In this document: positions 27,096-35,875 of the stretch, piece after piece
How the letters are laid out: the number at the start of each line of letters is the position of its first letter
How positions within the stretch are numbered: position 1 is the stretch's first letter
Source: an uncultured bacterium
Lineage (GTDB): Bacteria; Omnitrophota; Gorgyraeia; Zapsychrales; Aceulaceae
NCBI GenBank assembly: GCA_937930175.1
Contig: CALGLP010000006.1
Location: forward strand, 193,749 to 257,748
Reading direction: 5' to 3'
Length of the DNA stretch: 64,000 nucleotides
Position numbers and translations under genes: made by a program
Notes under the pieces: generated by a model
Told to the model about the DNA's origin: nothing
Seen by the model: only the letters and a program-made list of their open reading frames with translations
Databases searched by the model: none

Positions 27096-27851
27096 TCAAT
27101 ATTTTACTTTTAAAAGACAGAGCCCTTGCGGGGGCGCTGTAGGACCGGCATTCCGACGGAGTTTTGATAAAAGGATTTTTTTGAGGCCTCCCTTCTTTAT
27201 TTGGCCTGTTCCTATTGCAATCAATGTACCGACAATATTACGTACCATTTTGTAGAGAAACCCATCTGCTTCAATGTCGATTAATAGAAATCCGTGAGAG
27301 TGAGAAAAAGTGATTTTTTTAATATGACGAATGGTACTTTTTTCAACGTGATGTTTTTTGCTCCAGACATCAACCGCAGCAAAGGCTGCAAAATCATGGC
27401 GACCGATCAGGGCTTTGGATTCATTTTTTATCAGGGGAACATTGAGTGGTCTTGGAATGTGGCAATAAAATCCTCGTTCTTTGGCAGAACGGGCTTGGCG
27501 ATTTAAAATAACATAGCGATAGATCTTTGTCTTGGCGTTGTACTGCGCGTGAAATTGATCAGATACTTTTTGTACTTTAAGAATAGCAATATCATCAGGA
27601 AGATTGGCGTTGAGGGCTTTGAGAAGTGTTGTTGAGCTTAAGAGTGAATCAAGTTTTACGTGGGCGATCTGGCCTAAGGCATGAACACCACGATCAGTCC
27701 GCCCTGCCCCAATCACGATAACAGGTTTTCTGGTAATGCGCGCCAAGGCTCTCGTGATCTCACCTTGGATCGTTCGCTCACCTTTTTTCTGGATTTGCCA
27801 GCCGGAGAAATTTCTGCCATCGTATTCAACGGTTAATTTTATATTCTGCAT
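27096..27851 (-). CDS. truA: tRNA pseudouridine(38-40) synthase
   Basis: LTVEYDGRNFSGWQ ... GAGRTDRGVHALGQ catalytic Asp motif. Start set at MQNIKLTVEYDG. The 29-codon N-terminal extension in the ORF track only translates the AG-rich repeat. Confidence 0.88.
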   Translation of the reverse strand: MQNIKLTVEYDGRNFSGWQIQKKGERTIQGEITRALARITRKPVIVIGAGRTDRGVHALGQIAHVKLDSLLSSTTLLKALNANLPDDIAILKVQKVSDQFHAQYNAKTKIYRYVILNRQARSAKERGFYCHIPRPLNVPLIKNESKALIGRHDFAAFAAVDVWSKKHHVEKSTIRHIKKITFSHSHGFLLIDIEADGFLYKMVRNIVGTLIAIGTGQIKKGGLKKILLSKLRRNAGPTAPPQGLCLLKVKY

Positions 27852-27876
27852 AAAAAGTAAAGTAGAGAGGAGAAAG

Positions 27877-27995
27877 TAGAGAGTAGAGAGAACAAGAAGT
27901 GAGAGCAGAAAATTAATCTTGATTCGAATCAAAGACAACAGATACGCTTAACAAATTTTGATAAAATAAATTTTTATTAATCTTGCTACTCTCTA
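27877..27995. repeat. 10-bp perfect inverted repeat (TAGAGAGTAG at 27877-27886 / CTACTCTCTA at 27986-27995) flanking an AT-rich core, within a purine-skewed AGTAGAGAG iteration
   Basis: Seen directly. The segment 27856-27900 is almost pure A/G on the plus strand (AGTAGAGAGGAGAAAGTAGAGAGTAGAGAG). Its complement recurs at the asd 3' end. Confidence 0.5.
27919..27932. promoter_or_regulatory. perfect 14-bp palindrome TTGATTCGAATCAA in the asd-truA intergenic region (candidate operator)
   Basis: Seen directly. It is centred between the inverted repeats, and its size and symmetry are typical of dimeric HTH repressor sites. Confidence 0.3.
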
Positions 27996-28001
27996 TTCTG
28001 A

Positions 28002-29012
28002 CTACTTTCTACTCTTAATAAGCTCTTCAGCGATTTGGACCGCGTTGCTGGCAGCGCCTTTGCGCAAGTTGTCGGCAACGACCCACAACCAAAAGGCATT
28101 TTTGACAAACGGATCGCGACGAACTCGTCCCACAAAGACCTCATCCTTGCCATCGCAGTGGCTTGGCATGGGGTATTTGTTGTTCTTGGGGTCATCGATA
28201 ACGATAACGCCAGGAGCCTTGGCTAAAAGTTTTTTAACACTGGCAACAGTGCAATTCTTCGATGTTTCAATGTAAATCGCTTCGCTGTGACCATTGCGCA
28301 CTGAGACGCGGACTGTGGTCGCGGAAACCTTGATCTTTTTGTCGTGAAGAATTTTATGGGTTTCATGGACCATCTTCCACTCTTCCGATGTGTAGTCGTC
28401 TTGCGCAAAGCTTCCGATATGCGGGAAAAGATTGAACGCAATCGCATCTCCCATGGGTTGTTCAACCGCTTCAGGAGAATTTGTGGCCCATTTGCGATAT
28501 TCATTCTCGATCTGAACAATGCCACTTCGACCAGAACCGGATACCGCCTGGTAGGTTGACACAATGATGCGCTTAAGACCAAATTTCTTATAAATGGGTG
28601 CCAAGGCAACGATCATTTGAATCGTCGAGCAATTGGGATTGGCAATAATGCCTTTGTGCGATTTGATATCTTTAGCGTTGGCCTCTGGAACCACTAAAGG
28701 AACATTTTTGTCCATACGGAAATCAGCTCCGTTGTCAATGACAACCGCACCTTCTTTGACGGCTTCCGCGGCAAAGACTGTGGCAGCGCCTTTTTCACCT
28801 TCGGTCCCAGCAAAGAGCGCAATGTCGATACCAGCAAAAGAACCTTTTTTAAGCTCCTTCACAGAGTAGTCGATGCTATCAACCGTGATCGTTCGATCGC
28901 TGCGCGCGAAAACCTTTAATTCATTAACTGGAAATTGTCTTTGTTTGAGAACACGGATCATTTCTTGGCCAACAGCGCCGACACCCACCACAGCAACATT
29001 ATATTTTTTCAT
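28002..29012 (-). CDS. asd: aspartate-semialdehyde dehydrogenase
   Basis: VAVVGVGAVGQEM Rossmann motif and the active-site NPNCSTI Cys region, 336 aa. Confidence 0.92.
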   Translation of the reverse strand: MKKYNVAVVGVGAVGQEMIRVLKQRQFPVNELKVFARSDRTITVDSIDYSVKELKKGSFAGIDIALFAGTEGEKGAATVFAAEAVKEGAVVIDNGADFRMDKNVPLVVPEANAKDIKSHKGIIANPNCSTIQMIVALAPIYKKFGLKRIIVSTYQAVSGSGRSGIVQIENEYRKWATNSPEAVEQPMGDAIAFNLFPHIGSFAQDDYTSEEWKMVHETHKILHDKKIKVSATTVRVSVRNGHSEAIYIETSKNCTVASVKKLLAKAPGVIVIDDPKNNKYPMPSHCDGKDEVFVGRVRRDPFVKNAFWLWVVADNLRKGAASNAVQIAEELIKSRK

Positions 29013-29063
29013 GCATCTTCCTTTTTAAAAGAATTTTATTTTTAAAAGCCGCATAGGCTTCAT

Positions 29064-30122
29064 TTATAAATGTTTGACGATCAAATCCCCTATTTCGGTT
29101 GTCGAGTAGCCCATTTTTCCTGCGGCAAGACTTTTGAGCTTTTCGCGGACAATCATTTTTGCCGCATTCTCGATCATTTGTCCAGCCTTTGTTTCCCCAA
29201 TTTCTTTTAATAACATTGCTAGGGCGCAAATCGCCGCTAGCGGATTGATGATATTTTTTCCTGTGTATTTTGGCGCTGATCCACCGATGGGCTCAAACAT
29301 AGAAACGCCCTGAGGATTGATATTGCCGCCGGCTGCTAATCCCATACCCCCTTGGATCATGGCGCCGAGATCTGTAATGATATCACCGAACATATTGTCG
29401 GTGACAATCACATCAAACCATTCAGGATTTTTCACAAACCACATTGTTGTAGCATCGACGTGGGCGTATTCTGTTTTGATGTCCGTGTATTCTTTGGCCA
29501 CTTCGTTAAATGTGCGATCCCAGAGGTCAAAGGCAAAGGTCAGGACATTTGTTTTACCGCAAAGAAGAAGCGTTTTTTTCGTTCCAAATTTTCGCGTGTA
29601 TTCAAAGGCATAGCGGATACAACGCTCAACACCTTTGCGTGTGTTGTGAGAAATCTGAATGGCGACTTCATCAGCAGTTCCTTTATTTTGGAACTCACCT
29701 AAGCCTTTATAGAGGCCCTCAGAATTTTCACGGATTACGGTGAAGTTGACATCAGCAGGTTTTTTATCTTTAATAGGACAAAAGCGCTCGTCATAAAGCA
29801 CAACAGGACGTAAATTGATGTATTGATCAAGGTCGAAACGTAATTTAAGAAGAATGCCCTTTTCGAGGATCCCAGGCTTGACATCTGGATGGCCAATGGC
29901 GCCTAAATAAATCGCGTCAAAGGTTTTGAGCTCGCTTACCGCAGTCGGGGGCAGAACCTCTTTGGTGCGAAGATATCGCTCTCCGCCAAAGTCGTAGGAG
30001 GTGGTTTCGTATTTAAATGAACATTTTTCAGAAACAGCCTTTAAAACTTTCAAGCCTTCGTTGATGACTTCGGGACCTGTGCCGTCTCCTGGGATAATGG
30101 CCAATTTGTAGCTTTTCGTCAT
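29064..30122 (-). CDS. isopropylmalate/tartrate dehydrogenase family oxidoreductase (TtuC/DmlA/LeuB-like)
   Basis: IPGDGTGPEV start plus GILLKLRFDLDQYINLRPV, which resembles the tartrate/D-malate dehydrogenase subgroup. NxxDxxxD metal motif (DNMFGDIITDL). Confidence 0.65.
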   Translation of the reverse strand: MTKSYKLAIIPGDGTGPEVINEGLKVLKAVSEKCSFKYETTSYDFGGERYLRTKEVLPPTAVSELKTFDAIYLGAIGHPDVKPGILEKGILLKLRFDLDQYINLRPVVLYDERFCPIKDKKPADVNFTVIRENSEGLYKGLGEFQNKGTADEVAIQISHNTRKGVERCIRYAFEYTRKFGTKKTLLLCGKTNVLTFAFDLWDRTFNEVAKEYTDIKTEYAHVDATTMWFVKNPEWFDVIVTDNMFGDIITDLGAMIQGGMGLAAGGNINPQGVSMFEPIGGSAPKYTGKNIINPLAAICALAMLLKEIGETKAGQMIENAAKMIVREKLKSLAAGKMGYSTTEIGDLIVKHL

Positions 30123-30153
30123 GACATGCTCCTTTTACGATACGTCGTGGAAG

Positions 30154-31398
30154 TTATTCCTTGAATTTTTTAACAACAAGCGTGGCATTGTGGCCACCAA
30201 ATCCAAGAGAGTTGGACATCGCAACATTGACCTTGACCTGGCGTGCTTGGTTGGGAACATAATCTAAATCACAGTTGGGGTCAGGGGTTTCATAATTGAT
30301 TGTTGGCGGAATCATGTCGCGCATAACGGCTAAAACGCAGGCAATAAATTCAACGCCTCCCGCCGCTCCCAAAAGATGCCCGGTCATTGATTTTGTTGAA
30401 CTGACAGGGATTTTTGGAGCTAAATCGCCAAAGGCTTTTTTGATGGCAAGAGATTCTACCTTGTCATTGAGCTCGGTTGAGGTTCCGTGGGCATTAATAT
30501 AGGAAACATCTTGTGGCTTAAGGTGCCCGTCTTCGAGCGCTAAGAGCATGGCGCGAATCGCACCCTCACCTGTTGGTTCAGGGGCTGTAATATGGTAGGC
30601 ATCCGATGTACGTCCATAGCCAACAATTTCCGCTAAAATGGTTGCTCCGCGCGCTTTCGCGTGTTCCAAGGATTCTAAAACAACAATACCAGCGCCTTCA
30701 CCCATGACAAATCCATCACGGTTAAGATCAAAGGGGCGGCTTGCTTTTTCTGGTGCGTCATTGCGTTGGGATAAAGCCTTGATCGCAGCAAATCCACCGA
30801 CGCCCATAGGGGTATTGGCCGCTTCCGTTCCTCCGGCAAACATAATATCTTGTTCGCCGTATTGGATAAAACGAAACGCATCACCAATGGAATTGCTTGC
30901 TGTGGCGCAGGCTGTGACAACGCAGGTGGCGAAACCTTTGGCCTTGACTTCAATAGCGATTTGGCCAGCAGCTTCGTTGACAATAAATTGGGGAATAAAA
31001 AAGGGCGAAATCTTTTTAGGGCCACGGTTGAGCAGGTTCTGATAATTGTGCTCGAAAGACTCCAGGGCTCCTACGCCTGAGCCAACAATCACGCCGCATC
31101 GGTAGGGATCCATGGTTTCGGTATTTAATTGTGAGTTTTTGAGCGCTTCGCGTGCGGCAACAACACCAAGCTGAATAAAACGTGATAAATGCCTGGCTTC
31201 TTTGACATCAAAATGATCCGCGGCGTTATAATCGCGCACGTCTCCACAAATTTGCGCAGCAAATTCTGTTGGATCAAATCGGTCAATGCGATGAATACCG
31301 CTTTTGCCTTGAATGAGGCCATTCCAGAACGTTTCGACTCCTGAGCCCACCGGTGAAAGCACACCCATTCCTGTCACAACAACGCGTCTTTTTTGCAT
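30154..31398 (-). CDS. fabF: 3-oxoacyl-ACP synthase II
   Basis: VVVTGMGVLSP start, the active-site Cys region (TACATAS), the His-His pair and a GFGGHN C-terminus. Confidence 0.92.
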   Translation of the reverse strand: MQKRRVVVTGMGVLSPVGSGVETFWNGLIQGKSGIHRIDRFDPTEFAAQICGDVRDYNAADHFDVKEARHLSRFIQLGVVAAREALKNSQLNTETMDPYRCGVIVGSGVGALESFEHNYQNLLNRGPKKISPFFIPQFIVNEAAGQIAIEVKAKGFATCVVTACATASNSIGDAFRFIQYGEQDIMFAGGTEAANTPMGVGGFAAIKALSQRNDAPEKASRPFDLNRDGFVMGEGAGIVVLESLEHAKARGATILAEIVGYGRTSDAYHITAPEPTGEGAIRAMLLALEDGHLKPQDVSYINAHGTSTELNDKVESLAIKKAFGDLAPKIPVSSTKSMTGHLLGAAGGVEFIACVLAVMRDMIPPTINYETPDPNCDLDYVPNQARQVKVNVAMSNSLGFGGHNATLVVKKFKE

Positions 31399-31479
31399 AG
31401 TTTTTGAGTCCGTTTAAATAACATTGCCCCGACAAAATGTCGAGGCAAATGGTTATAGGTTCATGTTGGCTTAGTCAGA

Positions 31480-31719
31480 CTACTTGGTGGCAGCTTTTTC
31501 TTCAATGTATTTGATAACATCGGCGACTTTAGTCATTTTTTCTGCATCTTCATCAGGGATTTCGATGCTGAATTCTTCTTCGAGAGCCATAATGAGCTCT
31601 ACGGTATCGAGGGAATCTGCTCCAAGATCATCCACAAACGATGATTCTGGGGCAACTTCGTCGATTTTGACGCCTAGTTGTTCTGCAATAATTGATTTAA
31701 TCTTTTCTGCGTTTGCCAT
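31480..31719 (-). CDS. acpP: acyl carrier protein
   Basis: 79 aa with the [11 protein letters not shown] phosphopantetheine site. GGAGG SD. Confidence 0.95.
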   Translation of the reverse strand: MANAEKIKSIIAEQLGVKIDEVAPESSFVDDLGADSLDTVELIMALEEEFSIEIPDEDAEKMTKVADVIKYIEEKAATK

Positions 31720-31745
31720 TCATAGCCTCCTTTGATTGTTTCACC

Positions 31746-32486
31746 CTAAATCGCCATTCCCCCGTCCACTTTGATGGTCTGACCGGTCAAATAATTTGCC
31801 GCGTTTGAGCCTAGAAATAAGCAGACTCCTGCGACATCTTCCGGTGTTCCCATTCGTGCAAGCGGTACGTTTTGAAGGATTTGTTGGCGAGTTTCTTCCT
31901 TTAATTGATCTGTCATATCGGTTTTGATATATCCGGGAGCGATCGCATTGACCGTGATGTTGCGTGACGCAAATTCACGCGCCAAAGACTTCGTAAGGCC
32001 AATGATCCCGGCCTTGCTCGCCGCATAATTTGCCTGACCGATATTTCCGAGTATGCCAATGACCGACGCGATACTGATGATCTTACCCTTGCGGGCCTTA
32101 AGCATGGATTTTGCCACTGCTTTGCAGCAGTTAAAAGTTCCCTTGAGATTGACTGTCAGAACGGCATCCCACTCTTCTTCGCGCATCCTTAAGAAAAGAT
32201 TGTCTTTCGTGATGCCTGCATTGTTAACCAATATATCAATACGATTATATTTGTCAAGAATTTTATTAACCATTTCTTCAGCGCTTGCGAGCTTTGTTAC
32301 GTCACAGGTCATCGCGTCTGCTTTGAACCCTTGGGCAACAAGCTCTTGAGCTGTTTTCTGGCAGGATTCGGCATTAATATCGGAAATAATCGTAATGGCC
32401 CCTTCTTTCGCGAAGGCGGTGGCGATTTCTCGGCCAATGCCACGAGCGGAACCTGTTACAAGAACGATTTCATTTTGGAAGCGCAT
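31746..32486 (-). CDS. fabG: 3-oxoacyl-ACP reductase
   Basis: SDR family (TGSARGIG, NNAG, YxxxK), 246 aa, in a fab cluster. Confidence 0.9.
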   Translation of the reverse strand: MRFQNEIVLVTGSARGIGREIATAFAKEGAITIISDINAESCQKTAQELVAQGFKADAMTCDVTKLASAEEMVNKILDKYNRIDILVNNAGITKDNLFLRMREEEWDAVLTVNLKGTFNCCKAVAKSMLKARKGKIISIASVIGILGNIGQANYAASKAGIIGLTKSLAREFASRNITVNAIAPGYIKTDMTDQLKEETRQQILQNVPLARMGTPEDVAGVCLFLGSNAANYLTGQTIKVDGGMAI

Positions 32487-32600
32487 AGAATTTTTTGTAT
32501 CAAAAGGGTTACAAATCGTTAATTACGCAACTATCCTATCAATTAGATTTTATTTTGCAAGAGAAAAACAAAAATTTTTTTAGGAGAATGCCGGAAGGGC

Positions 32601-33053
32601 TTATAAAATTTCGATTTTGACATCGATGAGGCCTTGGCGAGTCGGGGCAATTTGCCGGAAGGCAGATTTGGTGAGATCAATGATTCTTCCTTCGGCTACG
32701 AGGCGTTGATGAGGTCCTCGATCGTTGACGCGGACAATAATGGATTTCCCGTTAGTGAGGTTGGTGACGCGGATCTCTTTGTTAAACCCTACACCCCATA
32801 TGGCGCATGTCATATCTTGATCATCAAAGATCTCATTGTTAGCGGTATGTTTATTAATACCTGGAGATTGGTGTGAATACCAGGATGCCTTTCCATATTT
32901 TGCTGGTTTGGTGTCAAATGCCAGCGGAGTGCGCTCTGCCATAGCAACATGAAGCGTCGGCAGAATCGCAAGACAAATTCCAAGCAATAAAATACGTTTT
33001 TTGAGGTTATAGCGCTTTGCCATGATGAGTGAAAGATAGCACATCTTTGCCAA
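32601..33053 (-). CDS. RlpA-like double-psi beta-barrel (DPBB) lipoprotein
   Basis: Signal anchor followed by ASWYS...TANGE...VRVNDRGP DPBB motifs typical of septal ring lytic transglycosylase RlpA-like proteins. Confidence 0.7.
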   Translation of the reverse strand: MAKMCYLSLIMAKRYNLKKRILLLGICLAILPTLHVAMAERTPLAFDTKPAKYGKASWYSHQSPGINKHTANNEIFDDQDMTCAIWGVGFNKEIRVTNLTNGKSIIVRVNDRGPHQRLVAEGRIIDLTKSAFRQIAPTRQGLIDVKIEIL

Positions 33054-33105
33054 ATGTCAAGCCTGGGCTTTGTATGGGCGTGATTTTGGCTTAGGTTCGG
33101 CTTTG

Positions 33106-33471
33106 TTAGGCTTGGTCTGCCCTATTTTTTCTGCTTAGCTCAATCGTGACCCCTTGGGCGCCCTTGATTGCGTGGGGTTTGTGGATGAGGACATGAGCTT
33201 TCTTAATCTTTGGGTTTTTCATCACGATATCAAGGATAAAGTCAGCTAACTTCTCTAAAAGAAAGAATTGAGTGCGGGAAACTTCCTTAATAATCGTTTT
33301 GGCCAGGAGCTCGTAGTCAATGGCGTGGTTTAAATCATCGCAATTGATAGCTTTGCAGGCTTGATATTCAAAGAAAAGGTCTAAAACGATTTTTTGCTTT
33401 TTGGTTCGCTCGCGAGGCTTGGTGCCAAGGATAACAGGAATCGTGAGCTTTTCGATATGGATGCAAACCAT
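33106..33471 (-). CDS. folB: dihydroneopterin aldolase
   Basis: 121 aa with the FolB fold signature (IHIEKL...GT...ERT...Q..VLD.....AC). The stop is separated from the folE start by 2 nt. Confidence 0.8.
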   Translation of the reverse strand: MVCIHIEKLTIPVILGTKPRERTKKQKIVLDLFFEYQACKAINCDDLNHAIDYELLAKTIIKEVSRTQFFLLEKLADFILDIVMKNPKIKKAHVLIHKPHAIKGAQGVTIELSRKNRADQA

Positions 33472-33473
33472 GG

Positions 33474-34052
33474 TTATTTGATAAGGCTTAAGAATTCTGC
33501 GCGGTTCGAGTTTTCTTTGCGAAAAGCCCCTAGCATGCAGGAGGTTTTCATCACTGAGTTTTGTTTTTCAACGCCACGCATCATCATGCAAAGGTGCTGG
33601 GCTTCAATTACAACGCCAACCCCAGTGCATTTGGTGTAGGTCATGATGGTTTGGGCAATTTGCTTGGTCAGATTTTCCTGAATTTGTAGGCGCCTGGCAT
33701 AAAAGTCTACGATACGGGCAATCTTGGACAGTCCCAGGATATTTCCTTTGGGGATGTAGCCGACATGACATTTGCCAAAGAATGGCAAAAGATGATGCTC
33801 GCACAGCGAGTACATTTCAATGTCTTTAACAACAACCATTTCATCGCTGTCAGATGGAAAAATAGCGCCATTAATGACTTTGTCAATGTCTTGGGTGTAG
33901 CCCCGCGTAAGATATTTGAAGGCTTCCGCTGCCCTTTTGGGTGTGTCCTTAAGGCCTGGGCGGTTAATATCTTCACCAGTCGACTTGAGAAGTTCTTTGT
34001 AATAGTTTTGCATGATTGTGTGGAATATAGCACAGAGTCTTGAGGGTGTCAA
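33474..34052 (-). CDS. folE: GTP cyclohydrolase I
   Basis: [20 protein letters not shown] and [10 protein letters not shown] motifs are diagnostic of FolE. Confidence 0.92.
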   Translation of the reverse strand: MTPSRLCAIFHTIMQNYYKELLKSTGEDINRPGLKDTPKRAAEAFKYLTRGYTQDIDKVINGAIFPSDSDEMVVVKDIEMYSLCEHHLLPFFGKCHVGYIPKGNILGLSKIARIVDFYARRLQIQENLTKQIAQTIMTYTKCTGVGVVIEAQHLCMMMRGVEKQNSVMKTSCMLGAFRKENSNRAEFLSLIK

Positions 34053-34110
34053 ACATAGTTATGCTGTAATAATGTTGATTGCAAAATACATGATTTTTTT
34101 TATATTGTTG

Positions 34111-34138
34111 TTGTCATCTTTGAAGGTTTTGTTATAAT
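34111..34138 (+). promoter_or_regulatory. sigma70-like promoter (TTGTCA -35, 16-nt spacer, TATAAT -10) placing the TSS at or within 1-2 nt of the ATG at 34147. Predicts a leaderless mRNA.
   Basis: Seen directly. A perfect TATAAT ends 8 nt before the start codon. There is no SD. Confidence 0.5.
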
Positions 34139-34146
34139 ATCGCCCT

Positions 34147-34953
34147 ATGGAACCAATTCTTGATTATCATATGCACACTTTTCTCTGCGGCCATGCCATT
34201 GGTGAGCCGTTTGAATACGCTGATCATGCCTTGAGGCTTGGGCTTAAAGAGATCGGCTTCTCGGATCACGCGCCCTTGCTTTCCCATGATGACCCATCAA
34301 TTACTATGAGCCTTGAACAGCTTCCCCGCTATCACGCCATGCTTGAGGTTTTAAGGGATCAGTACGCCTCAAAAGGCCTGTGCATCAAGATTGGTATTGA
34401 GGCGGATTATCTTCCTGGATATGAGGCACAAACACAGAAACTTCTTGATGTTTATCCCTACGATTATGTCTTGGGCTCTGTGCATTTTATTGGAGATTTT
34501 GCGTTTGACAATCCTCAACAAAAAGAACGTCTTAAGACGACGAACATTGACAAGGTCTATTTGGATTATCACACCCTTTTACGAAAAAGCGCGCAGTCAA
34601 AACTTTTTGACATTATGGCTCATGTGGATTTGGTAAAGAAATTTGGAGACAGGCCGGATAGGAATTTGGATCAGGAAATCGAAAAGACTGCGGATATTTT
34701 TAGGAAATCAGGGGTTGTGATCGAGATCAATTCGTCGGGGCTTCGCAAGCCAGTCAAAGAAATTTATCCCGCGCTTTCGGAGCTTTCCATTTATTGTCAG
34801 GCAGGAGTGATGATCACCTTTGGATCCGATGCCCACGCGCCAAGTGAGGTGGGTTATGCCTTTGCCGATGCCCTGCAATGGGCGAAAAAGGCTGGGTATC
34901 GTGAATATGTTATTTTTGAAAAACGTCAGATTGTCGATAAGATCAAGATCTAG
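34147..34953 (+). CDS. PHP-family histidinol-phosphatase-like phosphoesterase
   Basis: DYHMHTFLCGHA start ... SDHAP ... HVD ... GSDAHAP metal-binding motifs of the PHP/HisJ family. Confidence 0.8.
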   Translation: MEPILDYHMHTFLCGHAIGEPFEYADHALRLGLKEIGFSDHAPLLSHDDPSITMSLEQLPRYHAMLEVLRDQYASKGLCIKIGIEADYLPGYEAQTQKLLDVYPYDYVLGSVHFIGDFAFDNPQQKERLKTTNIDKVYLDYHTLLRKSAQSKLFDIMAHVDLVKKFGDRPDRNLDQEIEKTADIFRKSGVVIEINSSGLRKPVKEIYPALSELSIYCQAGVMITFGSDAHAPSEVGYAFADALQWAKKAGYREYVIFEKRQIVDKIKI

Positions 34954-35875
34954 TTTTTTCACACGCCTTGAGTATCTGTAGCAAACTTTTCTTCACGAGT
35001 TTTGTTTTGATGATGCGCTGATCGCTCGTGAGTTCAATTTTCCATTGACGCGCAGAGTGCTTGATCAAGACCGTAAAGCTCTGCATTAGCGGACCTTCAG
35101 CTGTAAAAATAATTTGCCTGCCTTGCTTTTTCTTTTTATCAAATTGGAATTTCTTGAAAATAATGCTTTGCTTGCCGGTGATGGATTTTGGCGCGTAAGT
35201 TTCTGGGTTAAAGCGGGAACAGAAAAGCGGCTCCATCGCTTGTGCCTTTTTGAGTGGAATCCGTAGATGAGATGTCTTTGTTAAAAGGGCTTGGAAAAAA
35301 AGATCCTGTCCTTCGGCTTGCCATTTGCGTTCAAAGCGTGTGTTAAATTGCGCAGGAATAGTGCTCTTTTTGATTCTTAATCCTGTCTTGCTGTTTTGTT
35401 TGAGAATCCAGTTAAAATAAGGTTTGTCGTCCGTAACGATCATGAGCTTACCATGGGGTTCAAGGCGATTGTTGACCATCTTTAAGAAATCCGCTTTAAA
35501 TAACCGGTGGCGATGGTGTCGTTTTTTGGGCCATGGAAAAGAGAAAAGCGAATCAATATGGGCAATGGATTGGGGCGCAAAAAGATATTCTAAAGCAACA
35601 GTGGCGTGAATTTTTACAAGGCGAACATTAGTGAGGTTTGCAACCTGGATGCGCTTGAGTGCTTTCTTAATGAGTTCAAAGTTAATTTCAATGCCAATAA
35701 AGTTTTTGTCGGGATTTTGCTTAGCGCAGGTTATCAAGTATTCCCCGTTCCCAAATCCAAGTTCAACCAGGAGTGGGGCCTTGCGGCCAAATTCTTGCTT
35801 CCAGTCAATAGGAAGATGTTGATTGAAATACAAGACAAGAAATTTAGATGTATTTTGATTTAATGTAACGCTCAA
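34943..35875 (-). CDS. trmB: tRNA (guanine46-N7)-methyltransferase with C-terminal extension
   Basis: VELGFGNGEYL ... FPWPKKRHHRHRL ... TDD TrmB signatures. The C-terminal ~120 aa is an unassigned extension. Confidence 0.85.
   Translation of the reverse strand: MSVTLNQNTSKFLVLYFNQHLPIDWKQEFGRKAPLLVELGFGNGEYLITCAKQNPDKNFIGIEINFELIKKALKRIQVANLTNVRLVKIHATVALEYLFAPQSIAHIDSLFSFPWPKKRHHRHRLFKADFLKMVNNRLEPHGKLMIVTDDKPYFNWILKQNSKTGLRIKKSTIPAQFNTRFERKWQAEGQDLFFQALLTKTSHLRIPLKKAQAMEPLFCSRFNPETYAPKSITGKQSIIFKKFQFDKKKKQGRQIIFTAEGPLMQSFTVLIKHSARQWKIELTSDQRIIKTKLVKKSLLQILKACEKTRS

Noticed and set aside
27919-27932. tRNA-like T-loop sequence GATTCGAATC
   Set aside because: It is a simple palindrome. No acceptor, D or anticodon stems can be drawn around it, so it is not a tRNA or tRNA fragment.
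27852-27938. 29-codon N-terminal extension of truA (MSLIRIKINFLLSLLVLSTLYFLLSTLLF)
   Set aside because: It is merely the translation of the AG/CT-skewed repeat. TruA homologs begin at the MQNIKLTVEYDG position (27851).
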